Below are positions 10,613 through 28,224 of a stretch of DNA of 63,744 nt, in pieces (position 1 is the stretch's first letter; each line of letters starts with the position of its first letter). The notes beneath the pieces were generated by a model that had not been told where the DNA came from, ran no database searches, and worked only from the letters and a program-made list of their open reading frames with translations. Origin of the DNA: Paraspadella gotoi (lineage: Eukaryota; Animalia; Chaetognatha); contig CM119264.1 of assembly GCA_051294375.1 (NCBI GenBank), positions 30,566,309-30,630,052 on the forward strand, in the 5' to 3' direction. The position numbers were made by a program, and so were the translations under genes.

Positions 10613-11536
10613 CTCTTGTGTCTCTCTGTCTCTCTCTCTTTGTCTCTCTGTCCCTCAGTCCGGGTCCTCATATGCGTCTTTTTCCGCCGCTTAGCTTTCA
10701 CTTGACGTCAGTTGCTTTTGAGGTTCCGGGGTTGGGAAGGGTGAGTCGCGGGATGGGGAGAGGTGAGGCAAGGAGGAGGAGGGAAAGAGGAGGAGGAAGA
10801 GGAGAAGCGCAGAAGGGGTGAGGAGAGAAAGAAATCTATTTGAAGAGAGTAATTTTGCGCAGATTCAAAAAAGAAACAAAACATGGCAAAAAAGAAATTA
10901 GCGAAAAAAAAACTTGAATATTATAAATAACCTAAATCAGTTTTTATACTTCTTTTCTACGCTCCTTCAAATTTTTCTTTTCAAAGTGATGTTTGTATTG
11001 GAATTATAAATGTTTTAATTTTTCTGAGTCGTTATTTGAGAGGTTTTTTCTTGAGTTTTTTGAAGCCACCCGCACGAGAGGAGAGTAGACTGAGACTAGA
11101 GAGAGAGAAGGACGAGAGAGAAGAGAGGAGAGAGAGAGAGACGCAGCAGAGAGAGAAAGGATAGGAGAAGAATTAGAGTCTGAGTAAGGCCGCGACGCTT
11201 TCTATTTTAAAACTGATGAAGACGGGAATTAGGATATCCCATGGAGGCACGTTCTTTTGAGAGGTCAAAGGATCGTAGATGGGATGAAGAGAGAGACAGA
11301 GAGCGAGAGAGAGAGAAAGAAGAGAACTCGAAGAGAGACTGAGAGAGAGACACGAGAGGATGAGCGAGAGATGTAGGCGCAGGAAAAAAGCCTTGAAAAC
11401 GGGACGTGGTCTATAGAGAATGGATAGAGAGATTAGGGGAGGTTTCAAGGACGGTTGACAGCATCTCAACAAGGGTAAATGCGAAAAATTTCCAGGGAAG
11501 CGATTAAAGAGAAAAGAGACAGGAAGAAAAAAGGGC

Positions 11537-11589
<53 letters not shown>

Positions 11590-13229
11590 GAGATGAGAGT
11601 ATGAGAGAGAGAGAGAGGAGAGAGGATCTGAAGAGGAATAATAAGATATATCTGAGGCAGGCAAGCTGAGCGCGCGCAAGCATGAAACCGAAAACAGAGA
11701 GAAAGAGACAAAAAAGCAGGAGAGAGACGAGTCAAGAGAGAGAAACAGACGAGAGAGAGAATCCTTATGCGCGGCATATAACATGTTATCTCAGACCAGT
11801 AATGTGGGTGTATATTGGTTTGGTTTAAGGTAAGCACGATGAGAGAGAGAGAGATACGGGAGAGAGGAAGTTTCGAGTGGTAGTTTAGTTATGAGAGTTT
11901 ATGATGAGTTAGAAGACTTGAGAAGAGAGGTCAGAAGAAACAAAAAAAAAAATCTAGAGATAAAAGATGAATAAAACGCGAATCTAGAGAAAGAAAAGTT
12001 TCTGGATGAGGAAAAGAGTGATGAGTTATATGTTAAGGAATTGTTTGGATGCTCAGGTAAGGAATTTTGAGGAAAAGAAGAATATATATATGACGATATT
12101 TGATTTGACATGACATTGGAGCATCCCGACACGCAATTCAACGAATCGTGAAGATAATTTGAATTGCTACGACCTGTTCCTGATCCACTTCATTGCTCCC
12201 CTGAAACACGCTTCTTATCTTGTCCACGCAAAATAGCTCGTATATGACCGTTTCAAGTATTCGGAATCCAAATCGTAATTGAACTTTTATGAATAATGAA
12301 TTTCAAATGGACGCATAGTTTATTTGTTTACATCAATAAATAAAACAGTTTTGTGTTGGTTTATTTTCATTTTTAGTTGTTTTTATTTCTTATTTTGTTT
12401 TGTATCTCGTGTTCATGTGCGCTTGTTCTTTTTCATTTTTTATTTCATTTCTTACAATCAATCCAACCATTTTCAATTAGGGTATTCTCATGTCGTTTAC
12501 AAACAGGCCTCTAACCTTTTTACAAGTATATCATGCATTTGTCAAACAGGTTTGCTTTAAAATTAAAGGACCAGCATCTTATGCGCTCGTCTGGCTTTAG
12601 ACTGCCGCGCCACATATTGCTGTCTGCTTTCTAGATTGGGCCGCATTCCCAAAATTATGCGTGTCGTACCGACCCCACAATTCGCAAAGCGAACAGAGAA
12701 TGAAAAAAAATTCATCCGGTTCTCAGGTAAAAAAAAGTTGCGAATTCTGTCTGTTTGTGTCTTAAGTTCTCGCTATCTTTCTCTTTCCTCCCCCGCCTCT
12801 CTTTCTCTCCCTCTTTCTCTCTCTCCTTTATCTCTTTCTCCTCTTTCTCACTCTCTCTCTCTCTTCCAGCTCCATTTTCTCCTCTCTCCTTCACTCTTTC
12901 TCCTTCTATTCTTCTCTCCCCTTTTTTCGATCTTTTCTCTATTACTTTCTTTCTCTTTTTCTTCTCTCTCTATATTTCTTTTCTTCCTCCTCTCTCTCTC
13001 TCTTTTTTTTTCTTTCTCTTCTCTCACATCTGTTTCTTTTTCACTCTCCTCTCTCTTTTTCTTTCTCTCTCTTCTTCTCTCTCTCTCTCTAAATCTCTCT
13101 TTTTCTCTTTCTCTCTCTTTCTCTCTCTTCCTACTTTCCTTCCCTAGTTGTGCTTCCACCTTTGCTCCCTCTTTCATCTTTCTTCATCTCTCCCTCTCTC
13201 TCTCTCTCTGCCCTCTCTCTCTCTCTCAT

Positions 13230-16200
13230 TTCGACTTTGTTCCTCATAGGTTGCGGTAATCCAACCTAATCTCTTCTCTCTCTCTTTTCTATCCTACTCT
13301 TTTCTTTTCTCCCTATGTCTCTGGGTGCTATCCCACTCGTTCTATCCCTTTTATTCCCTCCTCCAAGTTCGGTTCACTCTTTGTTTCTCTGCTCCCTCTT
13401 CTCTCTTTCTTTCCCCCTCTCCTCTCTCTTCTCTCCTCGCTCTCTACTCCGACTTTTCGCTTCCCAGCTAGGTTGCGTATCAACTTAGTCTCTCTCTCTT
13501 CTTTCTCTCTCTCCTTTCTCTCTCCTCTCATTTCGCTTTTTCTTCCCCTGTTGCCTTCCCTTCTCTCTCTTCTCTCTCTTTTCTCCATCTCTCTCTCTTC
13601 TTCTCTCTCTCTTTCTCCGAACTTTTACTTCTCGTTCCATGATAGGTCTTGCTGGCCGTATCAACCTTAGCATCTCTCCTCTTTTCTTTCTTTTTCTCTC
13701 CTGCTTCCTCTTCTCTCTCCTGCTCTCTCTCCCTCTCTATCCGACTTTTTCTTCCTTCTCTATTAGAGTTTTGCCTGCAGTAATTCAACCAATTTAGTCT
13801 TCTCTCTCTCTCTTTTTTACTTCTCCTTCTCCCTCTCCTCTCTCTCGTATCTCTTTTCTCTAACTTTCTTCCATCTCTCATCTCTCTTCGACTTTTTCAT
13901 TTACTACTTCGCTGCTAAGGTTTCGGTATCATAAAACCTTCTAGTCTCTCTCTCTCTCGTCCATTCTCTCTCTCTTTTTTTCTCTACTCTTTTTTCGCCT
14001 CTAACCTTCTCCTCTCCCTTCTCGTCTCGGGTCCCTCTTTATCCGCGACTTTTTTCCTTCCGCTAGGGAGGCATATACTTGAAGTTCGCGGACCAATTCG
14101 GAGTCACTCTCTATTGTTTCCCGGCTGCCGGCTATGATTCCTTTCCATTTTTCTTCTCCAAATTACTCGCGTGCTTCAGGTCGCGACCTGGTTGTTCCCG
14201 TATATCGCTGTAACCGCGCCGATACCGGGGGTCATTTTCTCTCTTTCTCACACACGTATCTTCTTCTAATTTCCCTTCTGGCGGCCGGCATTGAAACATC
14301 AAAGTACCACGCGATACCAGACTCGGAGCTGTAGAGAGACGCGGATACATCTGCTCTTTCCTTTAATCCAAAAGAATAAAAGATATAAACAAAGAAAGAT
14401 AATAAACATTATGAAAAAAGAAAGGAAGGAAAAGAAATAAGGAAAAGAAAGAAAAAAAACAGAGACTATTAAGAAAGAAAAGAAAGAAAACGAAAGAAAG
14501 AAAGAAAGAAAGCGAAACGAAAAGTAAAGAAGACAGGAAGGCACAATAGGAGAAACAGAAAGAAAAAACACCGGAAAGAAGGAATAAAAAATAAAGGTTA
14601 ATGTAATTAAAAATGAAAGTAAAATTAGCGAGTTCAGAGAAAGATCTTTAACTGAAAATATCAATCGAATTATAGCGAAATAAAAATAACAAACCCTATT
14701 ATCTTGTATGAATTTTTAGACTTCTTTTTTTATTTATTATTTTTGGTTAATTTTCCTATCTTCCAATGATTTTTGAATTTTATCTGACTTATTCTTTTAT
14801 TCCCTAAAATTTTTGTTTACGTTAATCTTTACATGTTAATTTCTATTTAGTGAGTTTGTTTAATCTAGCGTATGTTAATATTTTTAAACTGAACTGTTTT
14901 GCTCGAGGCCTTTTGTTTCAGCTTTTGCTCCACTTCCCTAGGTGAAAACAAGGCGACCCTATCTCAAAACAATTTCGGCACAAAGACAGCTTTCCCAGAC
15001 AAAAGATATAAGTTAAAAACTTTGCTTGACTTTTTTTTACAAAAATTATATTTAGCTAATCCAATTAAAAGTAATAAGGAATATAATCAACTAAAATGTT
15101 TAAGTGATGGAAAAAATATTTGGGTTTTTGTATTGACTAGTTCAGTTTAAATTTAAAAACTACTGCCTATAACGTCATTATCTTGATGAGAGAAGTGATG
15201 GAGGGCCTAAGCCGAACAAAGTCCTGTCCATAAGTCAGGGGCAAGATCAGCTTATTTGACTTAGAATGAAAGTGGATATTTTATATTGGTGATGTAAAAA
15301 GTATTTGATTTATTTAGTAAAATGAAGATTTTGGTGACAGAGTTTATGTAGAATCTACATAACCCAGCGCGAGTACAACAAGCTTCGGATTGCTGTTTGC
15401 TGTTTAATGTGCGTATAGTGTTCACTTTAAAATTTTAGACAAGAAAGCACAACATCAAATTTAGCTTCTGTATGTTTAATTAATAGGTGAATTATTTAAA
15501 ATGGCAATTCTTGTCTGTGCTCTTGGTTTTTAAATACAAATTATTTTTTCATAATTGGGTAGAAAATAAACTCGAAAGTTTTCAACTTATTAATTGTATT
15601 ATCCAATGTCAGTTATTAATCGAAATAAAATTTATAATATAGAACAAATGAAAAAAAATTCTTTGGAGCAGTCACCGTCAGCATAACAAAAATACAATAA
15701 TTTGAAATAATAAGCAGAAGTGTTATATAAACAATGTCAGAGACATTGTAAAGAAGATTTATTCTCTCTAGCCAATCTCTTCAAAAAATGCACCAGTATT
15801 TTTAAAGATAACTAATAGGGATTCCCAAAAGTTTATTTTTAATTATGAGCGAGTTTTTGCCATATAAAATGTTAACACTATTTCTTTTAAAAAGATTAAA
15901 ATAAAACTATATTAAAAAATTACATTAGAAGCAATGAGACAATTTATATCTTTTGCTTTGTTCCTCTACTTATTCAGGGTGATGTCCTTTTATACTCTAC
16001 AGGTTCTTTTTAATATTTTATTTATTAAATTATTTCAAATATAAATATTTCATCAGAAATAAGTAACAAGGACAATATTTACAAACCGTTCCAGCGTACC
16101 TCTGACGATCTCGCGCACGTAGTCCTATTGATTCGCAAAAAATGGTGAGTTACATACCACAGGAAGGGAATCAAAGCTGAGATTATTTCCCTACAATCGA

Positions 16201-16930
16201 TCCCGCGAAACGACCATTGCACGAGTCCCATGGCGGAAAAGATTGGACCGGTACCGAACGGTGGGTCTCTTACGCGTGCCATTGTGGTACAAAAGGCTCG
16301 GTGTGGCCACGGACAACCAAGAGTTTACGGGCTTCCTCGCCGCGAATCTCGAGTAATACCATGGCCGCTAGGGGTTGCGGTCATCAATCTCGTATAAGTA
16401 GCGCTCTGTACTCTCTGCTTTCTTTCTTTCTCTCTATATTCCTGTCTTCTCTCTCGCCATCTCCTCTCGTTATCCCGACTTTTTTCTTCCGCGCTAAGGT
16501 GAGCGGAGTATCAACCTTTTAAATAGTCTCATTATTTCATCTCTCTCCCAGACTATCTATTTTCTACACTTATTCTTTCGTCTCTTATCATCTCTTACTA
16601 ATTCTATATCCCTCTCTGACTCACCTTATTTTTTCATCTCAATCTATTCTTCTCTCTCTCTCATCTCTTCGTCTCTCCTCTCCTCTCTCACTATCATGTC
16701 TCTCTCTAATTCAACAACTAGATTTAAAGAAGCTTTCGTCTCCTTCCCGCTAGTATTTAGGTGTGCGGGAGTACTCCAACCTTTAGTCTCATCTCAACAC
16801 TTCTTTCTTTCCTCTCTCCCATCTCTCTCTCATCTCTTCTCTCTTCTCTCGTCTCTCTCTCATCTCTCTCTCTTCTCTAATCCCCGACTTTTTCCGCTTT
16901 CCGCCTAGGTTGCGGTATCACCTTTAGTCT
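13230..16930 (+). repeat. Dispersed ~44-bp module CCGACTTTTTCCTTCCGCTAGGTTGCGGTATCAACCTTTAGTCTC separated by (CT)n spacers
   Basis: Degenerate copies near 13232, 13449, 13617, 13741, 13889, 14046(+16365), 16475, 16740 and 16885; clean inverted copies at 19440 and 19562. Confidence 0.75.
14068..16364. mobile_element. ~2.3 kb non-autonomous DNA transposon (MULE- or hAT-like)
   Basis: Splits one 44-bp module. CCGCTAGG(G) is duplicated at 14060-14067 and 16365-16372. Degenerate TIR GAGGCATATACTTGAAGTTCGCGG / CCGCGAATCTCGAGTAATACCATGG. Absent from the other arm. AT-rich noncoding interior. Confidence 0.65.
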
Positions 16931-17104
16931 CGGACTAAAAACATTCTTATTTTGTTTCTCAATTTGTTGACTCCGAAGTTTTAGTGTCGCATTTGATTTT
17001 ATTGTTGTCCCCACCTGCTTCGACCTGCTCGGTGCCATAATCCGAGAAGGAAAAACTCTTGTCTCTACCGTTCTCTCTCCTTCTCTCTCTCTCTTCTCTC
17101 TCTG

Positions 17105-17135
<31 letters not shown>

Positions 17136-17566
17136 CTTCTCTCTCTTCTCGGCATTTTAACTTTCTTTCCCTTTCCCTCTTTTTATGTTTCCGCTTTCTT
17201 CAGAACTCGTGCGTTCTGTTTTTTATAATTCCTTTCCTTTCCTTTCCTCTCTTTTCCTTTCCTCTCCTTTCCTTTCCTCCCTCTCTCTCCTTTCCTCCTT
17301 TCTCTCAATGTTTATGGAGTGATTTCAGGTTGCAGTCCTCTTTTATTTCGGTCTGGGAAAGAAACCCTACTTTGACATTTACAACGCGTTTTAAAACTCG
17401 TCCTACGCGTATCTTTTTTAAATGGCCTGTTAAGCTCTCGTTTGCGGACGACTAACGGACTGTTACCCCCCGGGCTCCGCAAAAATATTTAAGTTGTTAA
17501 AATCTAACAAGTCAAAAAAATTCGGCTTTCGTTTTGGCCAGAGGAGGGGGTGGGAGGTAGGGGGCG

Positions 17567-17609
<43 letters not shown>

Positions 17610-18446
17610 AGAGAGAAGAGAGAGCAGAGAGAGAGCAAAGAAAAAAATAATAAAGCGAACATATTTTTTAAGCCGAAAAACCCGAAACTATTTGCTTTTA
17701 TGTTATTGATTTTTTTATGGGCGGGAAAATATTTTGCCACAAAAAAAAGAGTTTTTATTTTTTATGATCTTGGCCTGGAAGTCGAAAGAAAAGGAAAAAT
17801 AAAGAAAAGAAAAGTTATTCTTTAACGATTTTATTTCTTCCGCAATTCGAACAAGGAGTAATACGAAACCCGCGGTCCCGGGCAAGCCAAGGGCTTCAAC
17901 GCACGGTTCACACCGCACCCTGGCTTTCAGCAGGCACGGCTCCACCCACGCGTCTTCCACCCACGGCTACCACCAAATGCTGAACACTTTGTCCTCCTTA
18001 ACCCTACTTACCAACATTTGAGCATCATCCTTACCCCGGCCCCCCTTACTCGTCCACGTCTCCTCTCTCTTTCCCTTCGGCTTCGGACCGAAAAAAACTA
18101 AGAACCGTGCGAAATCCATAAAAATGTCGTAACTATCTTTGATCGAGATCTCCTCTTAAAACCTCTCTCTCTTCCGTCTCTCTCCGTCTCTCATCGTTTT
18201 CTCTCTCTTCTCCTCCTCTCTCTCTCTCTCTCTCTTCCTCTCTCTCTCTCTCTCTCTCTTCAGAAAGCAAAGCTAAACAACGGCGGAAAAAGGCGCTCGT
18301 TAAAGCAAAACAAACTGGAGAGGCGCGTAAAAATTTAATAAACATTAAATATTTTTATCAAAAAGTGGGGATTTTGAATCTTTTAGCTTTTTCGGTGTAC
18401 CTAAAATAAATGTTTTCAACGAAAAGTGGAGAGAGAGAGGAGAGAT

Positions 18447-18514
<68 letters not shown>

Positions 18515-18583
18515 AGAGAGAGAGGAGAGAGAGAGAGAGAGAGAACGGTCACGACATANNNNNNNNNNNNNNNNNNNNNNNNN

Positions 18584-23395
<4,812 letters not shown>

Positions 23396-23955
23396 TCAGA
23401 CGGACTCTGTTGACGCGAAACCGAAATGAGAACAAATTGAAACCAGTCGGGGTTTTAAAGAAGCCGAGGAATTACTTTGTATTAAACGAGTAATATAACA
23501 GAGCATCGTTGTTTAGAATTGTCATTTCGACGAGACAAAATATTAAGAATTAACAAATTGAATCATTAATAAATAAGAATTAATTTAATTCTTAAATATT
23601 TTTCTGATGGTAAGAAGGTCAGGACGTAAAAAGAAAGATAAAAAATAAAATAAGAAAAAATATTTAAGCTTTCTACTTTCTACTTTTTGAGGCTCGTCTT
23701 TCAAATATAAAGAATTATAAATCATAATATAAGGGAGAAGTTCTCTTATATATTTGAAAAATTATAGTATATATTCTATTATACTATTTTATTGATAGGG
23801 AAGCCAAGTATCCTGGGAGTTAATAAACTCGACTGTGAGTCTTGATTGAAACTGCCTATTTTTTTATTAATTGTACCAATTTTATTAAACTTTACGCAAA
23901 TATATATTAAATTATAATAAACAATTAATAATATATTAAATAAATTCGAACTCAC

Positions 23956-24403
23956 TGTTGAAAGTAGGCGAAATCTCCTTTCCTTCTCTTCCTTCGCCCC
24001 GCAAGTCGCGATCCGCCCTCGTCCCCTTTATCCGTCTGCTCTTCCGGCAACTTTGTCGGCGCCGGATCCGGGTCTGCGACCGGCGCCGCCGCGCTCCCTT
24101 CTTGACGCCGCCAAAGTTCATCGTCCCTTTCGTCGCCGAGATGACGTAGATCCGAGGGAGCGGGCGACGCCACCGCCCCCTCTCTCAGCTGCGAGCGGCG
24201 CGTGACGCCGCCTCGATTTTCCGCCGCAGCCGCGTTTAAAACGCCCGCTTCCGGCGGCGAACCGGCGGCGGCGGCGAAGGAGAAAGGCGGACCGGCTGCT
24301 GCTGCTGCGGCGGCGGGATTGGAGACGGATTTCTCTCCCGATCCTCCGACAGTCACGAAGCCTTGAAATGGGTTCAAAGCGACGAGGAAGCAGGTCAGCG
24401 TCA
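23956..24403 (-). CDS. Upstream exon of the Ig gene: signal-peptide end, Ala-rich propeptide, furin-like site
   Basis: Polypyrimidine acceptor CTCCATCAAG|TG, open frame VTLTCFLVALNPFQG...GRRKRRKGDFAYFQ, donor CA|GTGAGT in phase 2, matching the phase-2 acceptor at 2412. The in-frame ATG at 24542 is an alternative start. Confidence 0.7.
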
Positions 24404-26549
24404 CTTGATGGAGGAAGAGGGAGAAGGGGAGGAAGAGGAAGCGGGGGAGGGGGAGGGAGAGGGGAGGGAGGGAGAAGATGGGAGAGGGAGAGGGAGAGGA
24501 GAGAGAAGGGAAAGAGAGAGGCGAAACGAAATCCGGTAACATGACGGAAAAAGGACGATACGTTGTCGTCGTTGTTATCTTCGTCGTCGTCTTCTTCGTT
24601 TTCGCCGTTGTCTTCTTCGCCGTTGTCTTCGTCGTTGTTGTTGTCTTCGTCGTAGATCCCTCTTTTTATCAAATCCCAAATTCCAATTCGTCTTTTGTCA
24701 TCGTTTTACGAATTCAATTTTCTTTCTTTTTTTAGTCGTCAACTTTTTTTCTTTCTTNNNNNNNNNNNNNNNNNNNNNNNNNNNNNNNNNNNNNNNNNNN
24801 NNNNNNNNNNNNNNNNNNNNNNNNNNNNNNNNNNNNNNNNNNNNNNNNNNNNNNNNNNNNNNNNNNNNNNNNNNNNNNNNNNNNNNNNNNNNNNNNNNNN
24901 NNNNNNNNNNNNNNNNNNNNNNNNNNNNNNNNNNNNNNNNNNNNNNNNNNNNNNNNNNNNNNNNNNNNNNNNNNNNNNNNNNNNNNNNNNNNNNNNNNNN
25001 NNNNNNNNNNNNNNNNNNNNNNNNNNNNNNNNNNNNNNNNNNNNAGGAATTATTATTGTTTTTTCTTACAACGAAAATAAATCAAATAATTTAAAATTGA
25101 TGTCATAACGTCTGCCGTTACGGCAATATCATTGTTAATGTTTTGTTTTATTGTTTAATATTGTTNNNNNNNNNNNNNNNNNNNNNNNNNNNNNNNNNNN
25201 NNNNNNNNNNNNNNNNNNNNNNNNNNNNNNNNNNNNNNNNNNNNNNNNNNNNNNNNNNNNNNNNNNNNNNNNNNNNNNNNNNNNNNNNNNNNNNNNNNNN
25301 NNNNNNNNNNNNNNNNNNNNNNNNNNNNNNNNNNNNNNNNNNNNNNNNNNNNNNNNNNNNNNNNNNNNNNNNNNNNNNNNNNNNNNNNNNNNNNNNNNNN
25401 NNNNNNNNNNNNNNNNNNNNNNNNNNNNNNNNNNNNNNNNNNNNNNNNNNNNNNNNNNNNNNNNNNNNNNNNNNNNNNNNNNNNNNNNNNNNNNNNNNNN
25501 NNNNNNNNNNNNNNNNNNNNNNNNNNNNNNNNNNNNNNNNNNNNNNNNNNNNNNNNNNNNNNNNNNNNNNNNNNNNNNNNNNNNNNNNNNNNNNNNNNNN
25601 NNNNNNNNNNNNNNNNNNNNNNNNNNNNNNNNNNNNNNNNNNNNNNNNNNNNNNNNNNNNNNNNNNNNNNNNNNNNNNNNNNNNNNNNNNNNNNNNNNNN
25701 NNNNNNNNNNNNNNNNNNNNNNNNNNNNNNNNNNNNNNNNNNNNNNNNNNNNNNNNNNNNNNNNNNNNNNNNNNNNNNNNNNNNNNNNNNNNNNNNNNNN
25801 NNNNNNNNNNNNNNNNNNNNNNNNNNNNNNNNNNNNNNNNNNNNNNNNNNNNNNNNNNNNNNNNNNNNNNNNNNNNNNNNNNNNNNNNNNNNNNNNNNNN
25901 NNNNNNNNNNNNNNNNNNNNNNNNNNNNNNNNNNNNNNNNNNNNNNNNNNNNNNNNNNNNNNNNNNNNNNNNNNNNNNNNCTTCTCTTCTCTTCTTCCTC
26001 GAGGTGAGTTCAAAATGTCGACGGGTGGAGATTGGAGTGAGTCTCTCTTTCCACTCTGACTCCTCTCGGTCCTCCTGATCGACCTCGTGGGGTAAGGTTA
26101 TCCTAATCACGCTGGGTTGGGTCTTGGGTGGCCCGTCGGCCCGGGGCGTCTCTCTCNNNNNNNNNNTCTCTCTCATATTTTCTCACTGTTCACATCATCA
26201 CAGATGAATGAAACCCGGAAACAGAGGAAAGGATTAAGGAAGAGGATTCCGGAAGAGGAAGAAGATTCTGGAATGATTTCGAACGGGATTTTGGAAGCCA
26301 AATCCAGAAAAGGAACAATAGTTTCCGGAAGAGGAAAAGAGGAAGGTGGTAGGAAAGTGATAATCAATAACACGCTTTTTGTGTAGATGTTTTATACGGC
26401 ATGTTTTTAAAATTATAAGATTGTTTTAGTACAAAATTCAAGGATTAGTGATGTTTATTGCACATATATTTTACTCTTGTAAATATAGATACATGATTAT
26501 ACGGAAATGAACCGCATAAAAAAATCATAGCGGCGCAACAATTTGAACT

Positions 26550-26813
26550 AGTTTCTCTTACTCGCGGAGCAATTCTGTAAGTCACTTTTTGGTCGGTCTG
26601 TCCATCGGACTGTCCCACTTACGTTAAAATTGCTCATAGCTCCCCTAGGAAAAAAAACCTCAAATCTAAGTGACTACCAGCGCCGCCTTCAGGAAATCAC
26701 AAAACTATAAAGAATAAAAGACAGAATTCCGATGCAGTGCGTGTCATAAATAGATGGGCTAAGAAAGTCACTGCGGCGCAACATAATGGATGAACCGATC
26801 GTGTTTTCTTGTA
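26550..26813 (+). mobile_element. Helentron-derived (HINE/DINE-1-like) repeat
   Basis: TACTCGCGGAGCAA...GGTCGGTCTGTCC...GTCACTGCGGCGCAAC...TTCTTGT; same family as 48319-48684. Confidence 0.65.
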
Positions 26814-26854
26814 CTAGGAGAATTCTCTCTCATTTCTCATTCCTTATTTTCGAT

Positions 26855-26888
<34 letters not shown>

Positions 26889-28001
26889 NNNNNNNNNNNN
26901 NNNNNNNNNNNNNNNNNNNNNNNNNNNNNNNNNNNNNNNNNNNNNNNNNNNNNNNNNNNNNNNNNNNNNNNNNNNNNNNNNNNNNNNNNNNNNNNNNNNN
27001 NNNNNNNNNNNNNNNNNNNNNNNNNNNNNNNNNNNNNNNNNNNNNNNNNNNNNNNNNNNNNNNNNNNNNNNNNNNNNNNNNNNNNNNNNNNNNNNNNNNN
27101 NNNNNNNNNNNNNNNNNNNNNNNNNNNNNNNNNNNNNNNNNNNNNNNNNNNNNNNNNNNNNNNNNNNNNNNNNNNNNNNNNNNNNNNNNNNNNNNNNNNN
27201 NNNNNNNNNNNNNNNNNNNNNNNNNNNNNNNNNNNNNNNNNNNNNNNNNNNNNNNNNNNNNNNNNNNNNNNNNNNNNNNNNNNNNNNNNNNNNNNNNNNN
27301 NNNNNNNNNNNNNNNNNNNNNNNNNNNNNNNNNNNNNNNNNNNNNNNNNNNNNNNNNNNNNNNNNNNNNNNNNNNNNNNNNNNNNNNNNNNNNNNNNNNN
27401 NNNNNNNNNNNNNNNNNNNNNNNNNNNNNNNNNNNNNNNNNNNNNNCCTCTGTCTTTCATTTTATGTAAGTTGCCTTCTTTCTTCCTTTTTGCTTTGGTT
27501 TATTGCAGTAATTAACCTAAAAAAAAGAATAAATGAGAAAATAAATTAGAATGTTATCTTTAACTATGAAGGCGGGGCAGGGCATAAACATAGACGTTTT
27601 TGAACGTAATGCTAAAATACGTTACCCGCTCTTTACTCAACTTCCCTTTATTTTAAAATATTATACATTTTTTATTAATGTTTTTCTTTTGCCATGATTT
27701 TTTAACCAAATAATTTTTTTTCTTCATTCATATCGATTGTGTTTCATCTTTTTTAAAAAAAATTTATGCGTAAAAGCGAGATTTTCAAAGGCCGCAATAA
27801 TTTGTAGAACATTTTTATTTAAGTTTCACTTTGAGTCTTACATGTTTTAAATTAGTTATTACTTACTACTTTATTTCTGCGGTTTTAAGACTTTTCTATT
27901 TTTTTTTTCATTTTACTTTTTTCCCCCTAAATTCTCTCGATCCAATTCAAATTCTTTGGAACCCAAATTTAAATGAAAAGAATAGATTTTTTTGTTTTCC
28001 T

Positions 28002-28056
<55 letters not shown>

Positions 28057-28192
28057 CTCAAGCCTCTGATTGTCATCTTGGTAGTAAACAAATGATACAA
28101 AAGACAAACGCTTATTTTGTGCCCAAAAAAAGATAAGATAAGAAAAAAATATAATAACACGAAAGAAAAAAAAAGAAAAGAAAGGAAAAAAA

Positions 28193-28224
<32 letters not shown>

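Larger units (their letters stand above)
10613..17950. repeat. Left arm of a large inverted duplication (interrupted by 14068-16364)
   Basis: Blocks match reverse complements in the right arm: 10650-10800/23110-23285, 11170-11280/22660-22755, 11760-12380/20930-21430, 12400-12800/19900-20350, 16885-17900/18585-19485. Confidence 0.85.

Noticed and set aside
15180-15250. Hammerhead ribozyme
   Set aside because: TGATGAG and GGCCTAAGCCGAA are suggestive, but CTGANGA/GAAA spacing and stems I/III cannot be built, and the copy at 40978 lacks the core.
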